From: Glycera tridactyla
Taxonomy: Eukaryota
Assembly: GCA_965644265.1 (NCBI GenBank)
Contig: OZ286470.1
Location: 9,238,001-9,302,000 of the forward strand
Length of the DNA stretch: 64,000 nt
Direction: 5' to 3'
A program made the position numbers and the translations under genes. Below the pieces are notes generated by a model, which was not told the origin of the DNA, made no database searches, and saw nothing but the letters and a program-made list of their open reading frames with translations. Each line of letters begins with the position of its first letter. Position 1 is the stretch's first letter. This document shows, in pieces, positions 14,551 to 24,121 of this stretch.

Positions 14551-15881
14551 GTTTTGTGTTTTGCACTTCATCTTGGGAATAACCAAGTTTGCATCATATT
14601 CGGTGTCCTCAGACTTGATGAAGTGGGGCCAGAAGAAATGACCTCCCCTACATATTATCTGTCTCGATATAAGAGCTGGTGAATTGTAAGGACAGATTCA
14701 GAGCCAGCCAGTGAGTGGCAGTTTATGCCCCATCTCAGTCATTGTACAATCATCCTCACAGTGCTATCAGCTTCTGACCACGGTTTAAGGTGTACTCTGC
14801 CGCTTATGAAATGACCCAATCATCTGACATGCCTTGATGGCGGTTGGTAGTTTATACGAGGCAGTCGGAGCAGTCTTTGTCAGCCTCCGACTCCAGTTAC
14901 GCCACTGATTAGGTTACCATGGATTCCCGATGTTGTTCGGGCTTGCACCAACAATGACTGGGCCACACCGCCTGATTTTGATATCATGGTCCATTTCACT
15001 GAAACCTACACACAAACTCAAATTTATACTCATTTGCTACAATCAACTTACCAGGTAATTCAACCTACTTTGGAATGCAGATGTGGAATGCAGCCCTGGT
15101 GCTGGCTTTCCCATTAAATCATACTTACTTACTTTGGACCGATTTCTCGAGACATTTCATGACACTCCAACCACTTGTCCAGTGGTGATGCCTATGTTGC
15201 TTCAAACAGAATAGGTCGAATTATATTCATCATGGATTGTCTTGGAACAAAGAACCACATATTTGCAATTATTTGCTATGGTTTTCCAGGAAGAAAATCC
15301 TCTCTTTATTTCAGCAACACCACCCAGGGTCCAAGGATGGGACTCTAGATGTAGGTTATGAGGAACACAAAACTCACAAAATGGGTTGTTTGGTTTGAAT
15401 ATTGTGGCCCCCTTCAGAACATGGCAATGAAATGGTTGGGATCGAGGTCTTATGATACAATCATAGAAAAATTGGGGTCCCCTAGAAAATAAGGAAGAAA
15501 TGATCAAGAAAATGACATTAAAGGAATAAGTACAGTTGGTGCGATGTAGAGGGCCATAGATTTGTCCATTTATAAAGATTTATTTGATCACATGGCCTAA
15601 TACAGGTGGTTTCTGGCCTGTTTTATTGAATTCTATTGCTGTGCTGGTAATTTGCTTGGATCTTGCATCAGCAGGGTGCTTCCAGTTCCTCCCATGGTTT
15701 CTCGTAAGCATCTGCTGTGCACGGGAGAATGTGGATTCTGATCTGAGTGAACTGGTCCCCATCTTGAAATACAATCTGAGAGCTTTCTCTTCTGGTCTAG
15801 AGGAGATAAAACCATGTTTATTGATGTTCTTAGCACTGAATCCTTGTGCAGCAACATACTATTAGCTCCAGCTGTGTAATA

Positions 15882-16058
15882 CAGTCGAACCTGCTCTAAA
15901 GACCACCTCTCTATAAGACCACCTCTCTATAAAGACCACCCTGAGCTGTGACCGAGGTAGTATTTTCAACAGTAAATGACCTCTCTATAAAGACCACCTG
16001 CCTATGAAGACCACTTTTTGATGCGACCGAAGGCAGTCTTCATAGACAGGTTCGACTG
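15882..16058. mobile_element. Tc1/mariner-type MITE (177 bp)
   Basis: TA|CAGTCGAACCTG...CAGGTTCGACTG|TA with internal GACCACCTCTCTATA repeats; near-identical to 39765-39941. Confidence 0.9.
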
Positions 16059-16109
16059 TAGTCTGATGTTATGCTCATGGAACAATCTGGAAGTTGTGAT
16101 GGTTGAATA

Positions 16110-16140
<31 letters not shown>

Positions 16141-16318
16141 GAATGAATGAATGAATGATCAAGATTCATCAATCAAATCATCTGGGAGTCATTCCTGTAT
16201 CTTCTCAGCGGGGCTGTACACTAAGGGTTGCCCTACTGGCACAGGCGAGCAGATTTGGTGTTAGGGCAGGTGATTTTATCAATCTGCCTGCTCAATTGGC
16301 AGGGAACTAAACATTATC

Positions 16319-16943
16319 TGTAACATAGTAAATGTTACCTTTGTGCATTTTGACAAATTTGAAAATCATACCATCCAAATTGGAGACAGGTTCAACTGTA
16401 TCTTGTGTTGAAACATTGAAGGGAGAGAGCTGAGATTGAACACACAAGGATCGGACCACTCTTACTGTTTGTACTGCCAAACTTGAGTAAATACACTCAC
16501 CCCTAGGTTGCCTGCGAAAAGCCCGCCAACCCTGTCCAGGCAGATTTGGCATGGAAACAGTGGTCAAGCTCTCTCACTAGCAATCAACAGAAGGCAGTTG
16601 GGTTCCATATTTCAAAGGAGAAAGACGTACTTGCATTATCAACTCCTTACCCAGCTCATCGGGATTATTACACCTCATATTGCATTACATTCTGTAAAGT
16701 GTTGCAACATCGATCTATCCTCTCCGATAGGCGAACGAGGCTCTACGTTTGATGCTAATCAAATAGTCTATATCTTGTTACTGTTATTAGTTGTACTGAT
16801 ATGATACAAAGCAGGACTCAATTGATACATAGATATAACTATATTCCCCCACATTTGAATATCAAAGGTGTATAGATCCTAGAGTACGTCAAACAACCCC
16901 CATACAGACATTTTGGGACAATTCGACAGTATACTCCTTTACA
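16319..16943 (+). repeat. 5' LTR (625 bp)
   Basis: TGTAACATAG...CTCCTTTACA; matches 23497-24121 except A16450 vs G23628 (by eye; also seen as the S/P difference between the two antisense ORF translations). Confidence 0.97.
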
Positions 16944-16945
16944 TT

Positions 16946-16956
16946 TGGTGGAGAAT
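16946..16956 (+). promoter_or_regulatory. Primer-binding site, tRNA-Ala-type (TGGTGGAGAAT)
   Basis: Begins 2 nt after the 5' LTR; starts with TGG (complement of tRNA CCA); TGGTGGAGAAT is complementary to the 3' end (ATTCTCCA-CCA) of some metazoan tRNA-Ala(AGC) (recalled, not searched). Confidence 0.7.
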
Positions 16957-17081
16957 CGTTGCCTTAACACTACACAGACTTTTATAGTGACATTCCACTG
17001 ACATCCTGTGACATTCTATGGCTTCCTGACGAGGGCGTCATCATTTGGAAGTAGTGGAGTTCAATATCACACCTGCGCGAT

Positions 17082-17230
17082 AGCTACATTATTGGACTTA
17101 TCTGACCAGGATTGACATTGTGGAGTGTGCATTGTTTTCTCCCTACAATTGCAAGCTACAATATTGGACTGAGTTGCTGACCAGGATTGACATTGTGGAG
17201 TGTGCATTCTCTTCTTCCTGCAACTTTGCC
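17082..17230 (+). repeat. Tandem duplication (about 75-bp period) in the LTR-element leader
   Basis: Identical 32-bp core CTGACCAGGATTGACATTGTGGAGTGTGCATT at 17102-17133 and 17177-17208. Confidence 0.85.
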
Positions 17231-17300
17231 TGACATTCGATTCATTCTGTGCCACAAACTCTGCTGTGATCACTGCTGACCTGCACCTCAAGCACCAAAC

Positions 17301-19853
17301 ATGGAAATGAGTGGAAAGCAAGGACAAAATACAGTATGTAAGATAGGTGGATCTTCAGGAGAAATATTTTTGAAGAACATCGGGGATTATGTGAATGAAG
17401 TTGAGAGTGACAGTGTGAATGACAATGATGTTGATGATGGTATTTATGATGATCATGGTGCACATAGAGTTCATTTGCATTGGAGTCCAGATAGAAAACT
17501 CTATAGGGATGCAGAGTATACTGCATCTTCAATACAATATGTGCCACCATCAAACATGAGCACATCAGTCTTATACTCACCACCATTCACCACTCACTCT
17601 CACCATTCATTAGCTCACTCACTTGCACATATGACACAAACATGCACAGTAGATAATCCTTCAAATAGCAGTATATCCCTCAAAGCATGTGTATCACAAG
17701 CAGAGAAGAGTAGCAGTACTTATTCATTCTCTGTATCTACTGCAACCCAATCTTCAGGGACAGGAAGCACCTTGAGGCATACTATGTTAGCATCTGTGCC
17801 AGACATCAGCGCTGCCAATGCAAAATCAGTTCAGGTAGATACTGATGAATTAGAGCCAATCAAACAATATGTTCATGAGTCGGTTGGGACAGATTTAGAT
17901 GCGCTAGAGAAATGCCTGGTGGCAGAAGGGATCACACTAAAGCAATTTCGCAATCTGGAAAATCCTGAGGGGTATGAATTAGCTAAGGACATTCTACTTC
18001 AAGAATGGCTTGAAGCCCATGGTGAACAGCCTGACCAAGCTCGCACCCTTATCAGGGATCTGAGAACTCACAGGTTGAAGGCAACCTCCATGCTAACAAA
18101 ACAGGAAAAACGCCGTTACACTTCAGTGGAGGTGCAAACAGTAAACACAGTGAGGCCAGGGCTCGAATTAAAGACACAGCCTGACTCACCAGCCCAAAGA
18201 CATCTCCCATATCCTGAACCTAAATACTTTGATCAACATGTGGGCTCAGGTGACGTTCAGAAAAGGTTCAATCCTACAGACCACCATTATGTTCACCCCT
18301 CTCAGAGAATCAGGTCAGAGAGCATCTCATCAATTTCTACCTTGAGTTCACTAACATCAGATTGCACAACACCACCTCCACCTTATGCACCTGATTTTGC
18401 TGATGGTACACATGCCATTGTACTGGAGGCACCACAATTGTCAGAGTCTCACAAACAGTTTCTAGGAAGGTCAAAGGGTTCAGCCAAGGGTTTCATATCT
18501 GAACTCAGTTCTGGACAGGCCCAATCTCAGGCTGCCATGATGCCAGAGAGAGCTGCGAGTGCTCTCAGGTTTCAGGGTCAGAGGAGTGGATCACTTACGA
18601 TGTCAAAGGAGGCTGTGAAACCTCATTATGATCCCAAATCAGATGCTGGGGTGTTCACCATGAATGTTTCTGGTGGCCCTACTCAGGAGTTGCCCACATT
18701 TATGCCACATTTGGGTAGCTCACCAGGACAACAGAACAGAAAAGTGCATGCCCCACGCATCAGAATGAGGGATTATAAAGAAGGCCAAAACCCCTCTGGT
18801 TGGATGACATTGTATGAACAATATTGTCATGAGTATGAGATGGATGATGAAACCAAAAAGAACCATCTGGGCTTTCATCTGGAACCAGATTTGCATTCCT
18901 GGTTCCAGAGCCTCCCTTTGAATTCCATGTCATGGGACCAAGTCAGAGAAAAGTTCCTAAGAAACTTTGGAATACCTCAAGCTTCTGAACCCAAATTTCT
19001 CAAACAATTGTATGAGAAAAAACAGGGGGCAATGACTCCTACCAGATGGGGAAATGAGGTCTTATCATCCATCAGGTTACTGCGACAGATGCAGCAGGGG
19101 GAGGAGTTCTCTACAGAAGGTTTCAGGGAACTATACAATATTGTCTTTCAGGGAGCTAGCACTGTAACGCAAAACTATCTGCTGCAGAAAAATCCCACAT
19201 GTCTGACCCAGCTGCAGGATGCTCTGACTGAAGCCACTGCTATGGAGCATAACTCCAACCAGGCAGTTCCAATGGAACAAGTGGAACAAGCCCTCAGGAA
19301 GCTCATGCCAGGGATTGTCACTTCTGTTACAGACCAGAGGAGGCAACACCAGGCAGAGGCACCTACAGACTTGTCATCTGAAATTCAGAAAGCATGTTCC
19401 ATGGAACTCAAGAAAGTGGTTCCAGAAATCATAGCCCCACTTTTGACAAAGAATGATGAAAACTTTTCACAACTGGTTAGGCTAGTAGAAAAGGTGAAAT
19501 GCTACCATTGTGGTGAGGAAGGGCATTGTGTACAAGACTGTCCACACCTAAAACCCCCATTATCAAATTCTGGTGAGGAGAACAGAAAAAATGATCAGAA
19601 ACAAAATGATCAAAATTCAGGCAAATTCAACAAGAGAAATGATTACTTTTGTGATTTCTGCAATATGAAAGGGCACACCATTGAGAGATGCCGTACATAT
19701 GCAGCAGTGCAAAAGGCAACGCAGCCACTGCATCAGCAAATTCAGCATCTACAAAAGCATAGTACAAGTGCCCCTGCACCAGCACCTGCACGGGGTTATG
19801 CTCAGCAGTATAGTGGTTTCATGCCTGGGCAGACTTTTCAGCCTCAACAATAG
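17301..19853 (+). CDS. gag: Retrotransposon Gag, 850 aa: long N-terminal extension, capsid-like domain, two CCHC zinc knuckles
   Basis: Gypsy capsid-like segment (RMRDYKEGQNPSGWMTLYEQYC...LHSWFQSL...SWDQVREKFLRNF, from about 18756); CX2CX4HX4C at 19500-19541 (CYHCGEEGHCVQDC) and 19650-19691 (CDFCNMKGHTIERC); uninterrupted ORF between LTRs. Confidence 0.93.
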   Translation: MEMSGKQGQNTVCKIGGSSGEIFLKNIGDYVNEVESDSVNDNDVDDGIYDDHGAHRVHLHWSPDRKLYRDAEYTASSIQYVPPSNMSTSVLYSPPFTTHSHHSLAHSLAHMTQTCTVDNPSNSSISLKACVSQAEKSSSTYSFSVSTATQSSGTGSTLRHTMLASVPDISAANAKSVQVDTDELEPIKQYVHESVGTDLDALEKCLVAEGITLKQFRNLENPEGYELAKDILLQEWLEAHGEQPDQARTLIRDLRTHRLKATSMLTKQEKRRYTSVEVQTVNTVRPGLELKTQPDSPAQRHLPYPEPKYFDQHVGSGDVQKRFNPTDHHYVHPSQRIRSESISSISTLSSLTSDCTTPPPPYAPDFADGTHAIVLEAPQLSESHKQFLGRSKGSAKGFISELSSGQAQSQAAMMPERAASALRFQGQRSGSLTMSKEAVKPHYDPKSDAGVFTMNVSGGPTQELPTFMPHLGSSPGQQNRKVHAPRIRMRDYKEGQNPSGWMTLYEQYCHEYEMDDETKKNHLGFHLEPDLHSWFQSLPLNSMSWDQVREKFLRNFGIPQASEPKFLKQLYEKKQGAMTPTRWGNEVLSSIRLLRQMQQGEEFSTEGFRELYNIVFQGASTVTQNYLLQKNPTCLTQLQDALTEATAMEHNSNQAVPMEQVEQALRKLMPGIVTSVTDQRRQHQAEAPTDLSSEIQKACSMELKKVVPEIIAPLLTKNDENFSQLVRLVEKVKCYHCGEEGHCVQDCPHLKPPLSNSGEENRKNDQKQNDQNSGKFNKRNDYFCDFCNMKGHTIERCRTYAAVQKATQPLHQQIQHLQKHSTSAPAPAPARGYAQQYSGFMPGQTFQPQQ

Positions 19854-19865
19854 AGGTTAAGGCAC

Positions 19866-21401
19866 ATGGAAACCCCAGCAGCAGCACCAACTTGTTATGA
19901 TATTGCTAGTAATTTTGTTGAAAATGTTCTTGATTCTGTGTATGTATTTGATATGATATCTGACCATGCTAATCCAAATGGTAAATGTGATATTGGTCAA
20001 CACTATCTGAATGTTGGTACTGATGAAAATACTTCAGTTTATTTCTTGGGAAATGGCAATACTCAAAGTATTGATTCTCAAGCCCATGCTGATGCAAATG
20101 TATCACAGGCTGTACATGACTATAGAGATACATATGATTGTTTGCCAAGAGGTATTGATATAGCTGGTATCACACAGTATGATGAAGATGCTGAAATTAT
20201 TGCTTCAACACATATTCCTGTTAATGATAATGCCGGTCGTCAAACTCCTGGGGAGAAAAGTGTCGATTTTAATTATGAACTAGCTCGTATTCGCAAAGAA
20301 TTTCAGGGAGGGTCCTGTACCTGCGACGAGTTAGGCTCAAAACACCCAGTTTCTCATTGCTCACTTATTAGATTTGCTCGCACATTCTTTGCAACCCAGA
20401 ATGCTACAGGTAGCAGGGCTGAGTTGGAAGATAGATCAGCGAGTTATGGAGCACATTTGACTGAGGGTTCAGAGAAAAAGGGCAGGTTCATTAAAAGTGT
20501 TGCGAAGCACCAAGCGTCAGTTGATATCCAGGGAGATTCCTCGAAAAGCAAATTGAAATTATCATCTCATTTGGGTATTATTTCCACATATAAGGGACTT
20601 CGTAGTACCATTCCTATCACCATTGATACAACCTCCATGTGGGCAGTGATTGATACTGGAGCCTCGGTGAATTGCATTTGTCAGTCCATGCTACAAGAAT
20701 TGAAGTGTGAGAGTGATATAGACAAGAATTATTCTCATAATCTCATGGATATTCAGAACAATATGATGCATGTTTTGGGCAGCATCACCCTCACTGTTCA
20801 TGTAGCAGGGAATGGTATATCAGTACCATTCATTGTTGTGCAAAAACTACCCGTCCCTTTAATTTTGGGTAACCAATTTCTGAAGGGAAACTTAGCTATT
20901 ATTGATTTTGGGCCAAAAACCCTCTCATTGCTAGGTGGTAGTGTTATTGTGGCCATGTCACTGATGGAAGACAGTGCCATCACCAAGCATATCAAGGAGG
21001 ATATCATTGTATCACCACAGCCTGATATCATGATTTCATGTGTACCACATGGGATATCAATAGATGCGAAGCAAGGTGACATTCCTGGTAAAACAAAGAT
21101 CAGGGAATCTCAGCCCAAGACTCATGGGACTCCACAACAGGAGTCAGAAGATGAAGCTTCCGGGGATGAGAGATTGTCACCTGAATATGACATGTTTGAT
21201 AAATACAGGCGTGCACAAGCCCAAGCTGAAAAAGCTAAACACTACATTTTGAGGCCTTGTGTCAGGTCACAACCTCCTCTACAAACACAGTCTGCAATAC
21301 AAACATCCTCTAATTATCTTGAGGAACATGCTGATTATGATGGGGATTCAGCAAATGCACCGTCCATCCTGGCTGAGGCCCCACATCACCAGCCTTCATG
21401 A
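19866..21401 (+). CDS. pro: Retropepsin-type aspartic protease ORF, 511 aa, in frame with gag; no RT/RH/IN
   Basis: WAVIDTGASVNCI with catalytic DTG at 20652-20660 and LILGNQFL (ILG motif, about 20859-20882). Same frame as gag (both starts are 0 mod 3). Ends in a low-complexity acidic/Gln tail and TGA TGA. Confidence 0.88.
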   Translation: METPAAAPTCYDIASNFVENVLDSVYVFDMISDHANPNGKCDIGQHYLNVGTDENTSVYFLGNGNTQSIDSQAHADANVSQAVHDYRDTYDCLPRGIDIAGITQYDEDAEIIASTHIPVNDNAGRQTPGEKSVDFNYELARIRKEFQGGSCTCDELGSKHPVSHCSLIRFARTFFATQNATGSRAELEDRSASYGAHLTEGSEKKGRFIKSVAKHQASVDIQGDSSKSKLKLSSHLGIISTYKGLRSTIPITIDTTSMWAVIDTGASVNCICQSMLQELKCESDIDKNYSHNLMDIQNNMMHVLGSITLTVHVAGNGISVPFIVVQKLPVPLILGNQFLKGNLAIIDFGPKTLSLLGGSVIVAMSLMEDSAITKHIKEDIIVSPQPDIMISCVPHGISIDAKQGDIPGKTKIRESQPKTHGTPQQESEDEASGDERLSPEYDMFDKYRRAQAQAEKAKHYILRPCVRSQPPLQTQSAIQTSSNYLEEHADYDGDSANAPSILAEAPHHQPS

Positions 21402-23479
21402 TGAGATACTTATCCAACTTTTGACATAATTTGTATGGGTGTCAGTTCCACTTACATCAATTTCACTTGTAACAGGCTATGGGTTTGCTATTCCTGTATC
21501 AAACAATGATGCATTATACACAGCCCTGCAAACAAGAAATACTGTGTTTGGAATTCCATATGATACCAGCCACTGAGATCACATCAAAGTAATGATTTGT
21601 CTATTGTCTATTGCATTGCTCTTACACAGATTCCATACACTGCATGCAACAATTCATTATACAAGATATGTAACCCCCATAGTCAAAGGTTGTTCATTGG
21701 ATAATTAGACACAACAAATTGAATTTCCAGTGAATACAGGCAAGCTCATCGGATATGGAGCAAGATTAGAAAATCTCTCACTATTTTCATAAGCCAAGCA
21801 GAAAATTGACATTCCATTAGCTGCACTAATGGTTGGTAGTAGAAATATTGTATACTACGTAGGTAGTGATATAACATATATTGTTGATTGATTGATTGAT
21901 ATGTTGTTGAATTTAATGTTACAGAATTTTGCTGCTGCATAGGGATACAAGGGGTTCTATGTGCCGTACTTTGTGTTTATTCTGATGAATTTTGATTATA
22001 TTTGTGTTTTATGTAGAAATGATTGATGCTATCAGAAAATATTCAGATCTTGTGTATGCAACTCATGATCTGAGTATTGGAAAGCATTGTATGAAAAAGT
22101 CATTTTGTCTCTTGAAAGTTTTCAGGCAACTTTCATTTTATCTGTCATAGCAGTTGGTACTCTAGAGAGCCACTTATGTGATAGCAGGGGAGCAAACATG
22201 CTTTCTGGACATGTACACTGTAATCATAGTTACATGTTTTATGAAAAGGACATGTACTGATGTACAGTCTGATTACAAAGAATGCACTTTTCAAACAAAG
22301 GTATGTACATTGGTAACTATAGGTTTTGTTGCCTCATGCCATTAATGATTACACTGCATCCATAACCCTCTTACTACCACCTTGAATTATGCTGATAAAT
22401 GTCATAGTGACATACATGCCATACACAAACATAATAATACGCATATCTACATGCATGCACACTTACACACTTAATATATACATACATATATATACAGTAT
22501 CTTCACATTGTTACATATTTACAGTGGTGTATATTGATATGTTTGATTTATGAGTTGTCCATCTCATCATGAGTTTAATGTTATTGTAAATGATGCTGAT
22601 GAATGATCCTTTAGTCATGAGGAAAATCTTCCTCAAGAACTTTGTTCTTGGAAATTACATGTCCTGTTGGTATAGAAAACAGGATGAACACAGATAATTC
22701 CAGCCTTGTGCTCTTGACTATCTCAGAATCAGTGAATTGAGAGTCGAATATGTTGTATAGTGGCATTACTGGACTGTTTGCGGCCACCTAATCAATGTGG
22801 TCAGCAGCCCCTTAATCAACTCATGTTGACTGTTTAAACAAACAGATCACACCAAACAGTGGTGTACCTATACTCACAGGTATTGTGTCAATACCACTCG
22901 CAACCTTCACTTGAGCACAAAAGAGTCAGTGATTTGTGATATTGCAATTGTGAATTATACTTCATCCATATAGCATATAATAGTATCAGATTGATTCACA
23001 GAATATCTTGCTGATCATTTAGAGGTATCAAATGACATATTCTTTATACAACTGTTATGTGATGTATCTATATATTGGGATATGATATCAATATCATTTG
23101 ATGTATGTATCTGTAATCATTATGATGAGTCTGATCATTCACATCTGTTATGATTATCAGTATTTATACATTATGACACTTTTATTGCTCACTTCATTTG
23201 CTTATTTCTGTAATAAAGAAATAGCTTAGGCTTGGAGCTGATGTCAAATTCCCAGAGGTTTAGATGTGCTCCATGGTGTCCCAATGCACTCCTCAGTGTA
23301 GACTGCAGGGGCAGTCTATTCTGAAAAAGGAGGGGGGTATTTTTGCACCAGGGACAATGATGTGGAACATACTTCACTGAATATGCAATATGAGGGAATC
23401 TATTCAATATTTTTTGCAATTGCAAAACTCCCACTAAAATAACTTGATACCCTAAGAATTTGATCGAGGGACCGATCTT

Positions 23480-23496
23480 GAGAAAGTAGGGGCGAA
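23480..23496 (+). promoter_or_regulatory. Polypurine tract (PPT)
   Basis: GAGAAAGTAGGGGCGAA directly abuts the TG of the 3' LTR. Confidence 0.85.
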
Positions 23497-24121
23497 TGTA
23501 ACATAGTAAATGTTACCTTTGTGCATTTTGACAAATTTGAAAATCATACCATCCAAATTGGAGACAGGTTCAACTGTATCTTGTGTTGAAACATTGAAGG
23601 GAGAGAGCTGAGATTGAACACACAAGGGTCGGACCACTCTTACTGTTTGTACTGCCAAACTTGAGTAAATACACTCACCCCTAGGTTGCCTGCGAAAAGC
23701 CCGCCAACCCTGTCCAGGCAGATTTGGCATGGAAACAGTGGTCAAGCTCTCTCACTAGCAATCAACAGAAGGCAGTTGGGTTCCATATTTCAAAGGAGAA
23801 AGACGTACTTGCATTATCAACTCCTTACCCAGCTCATCGGGATTATTACACCTCATATTGCATTACATTCTGTAAAGTGTTGCAACATCGATCTATCCTC
23901 TCCGATAGGCGAACGAGGCTCTACGTTTGATGCTAATCAAATAGTCTATATCTTGTTACTGTTATTAGTTGTACTGATATGATACAAAGCAGGACTCAAT
24001 TGATACATAGATATAACTATATTCCCCCACATTTGAATATCAAAGGTGTATAGATCCTAGAGTACGTCAAACAACCCCCATACAGACATTTTGGGACAAT
24101 TCGACAGTATACTCCTTTACA
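23497..24121 (+). repeat. 3' LTR (625 bp)
   Basis: Direct repeat of 16319-16943, preceded by a purine tract and followed by the TSD TATC. Confidence 0.97.

Larger units (their letters stand above)
16319..24121 (+). mobile_element. Ty3/Gypsy-like LTR retrotransposon, non-autonomous (gag + protease only), recent insertion
   Basis: Two 625-bp direct repeats starting TGTAA and ending TTACA; TATC duplicated at 16315-16318 and 24122-24125; PBS after the 5' LTR; PPT before the 3' LTR; gag and protease ORFs inside; no RT/RH/IN motifs found. Confidence 0.95.

Noticed and set aside
13821-14641. 253-aa and 203-aa Leu/Ser-rich ORFs
   Set aside because: Artefacts of the CT-rich tract, which cannot form stop codons.
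15202-15507. FCEFC...GFSSWK resembling a hAT TTF-type zinc finger
   Set aside because: Spacing and the terminal His residues do not fit, and no transposase follows.
16508-16804. 98-aa ORF with a hydrophobic C-terminus, identical at 23686-23982
   Set aside because: The identity merely reflects the LTR duplication; non-ATG start and no env-like features.
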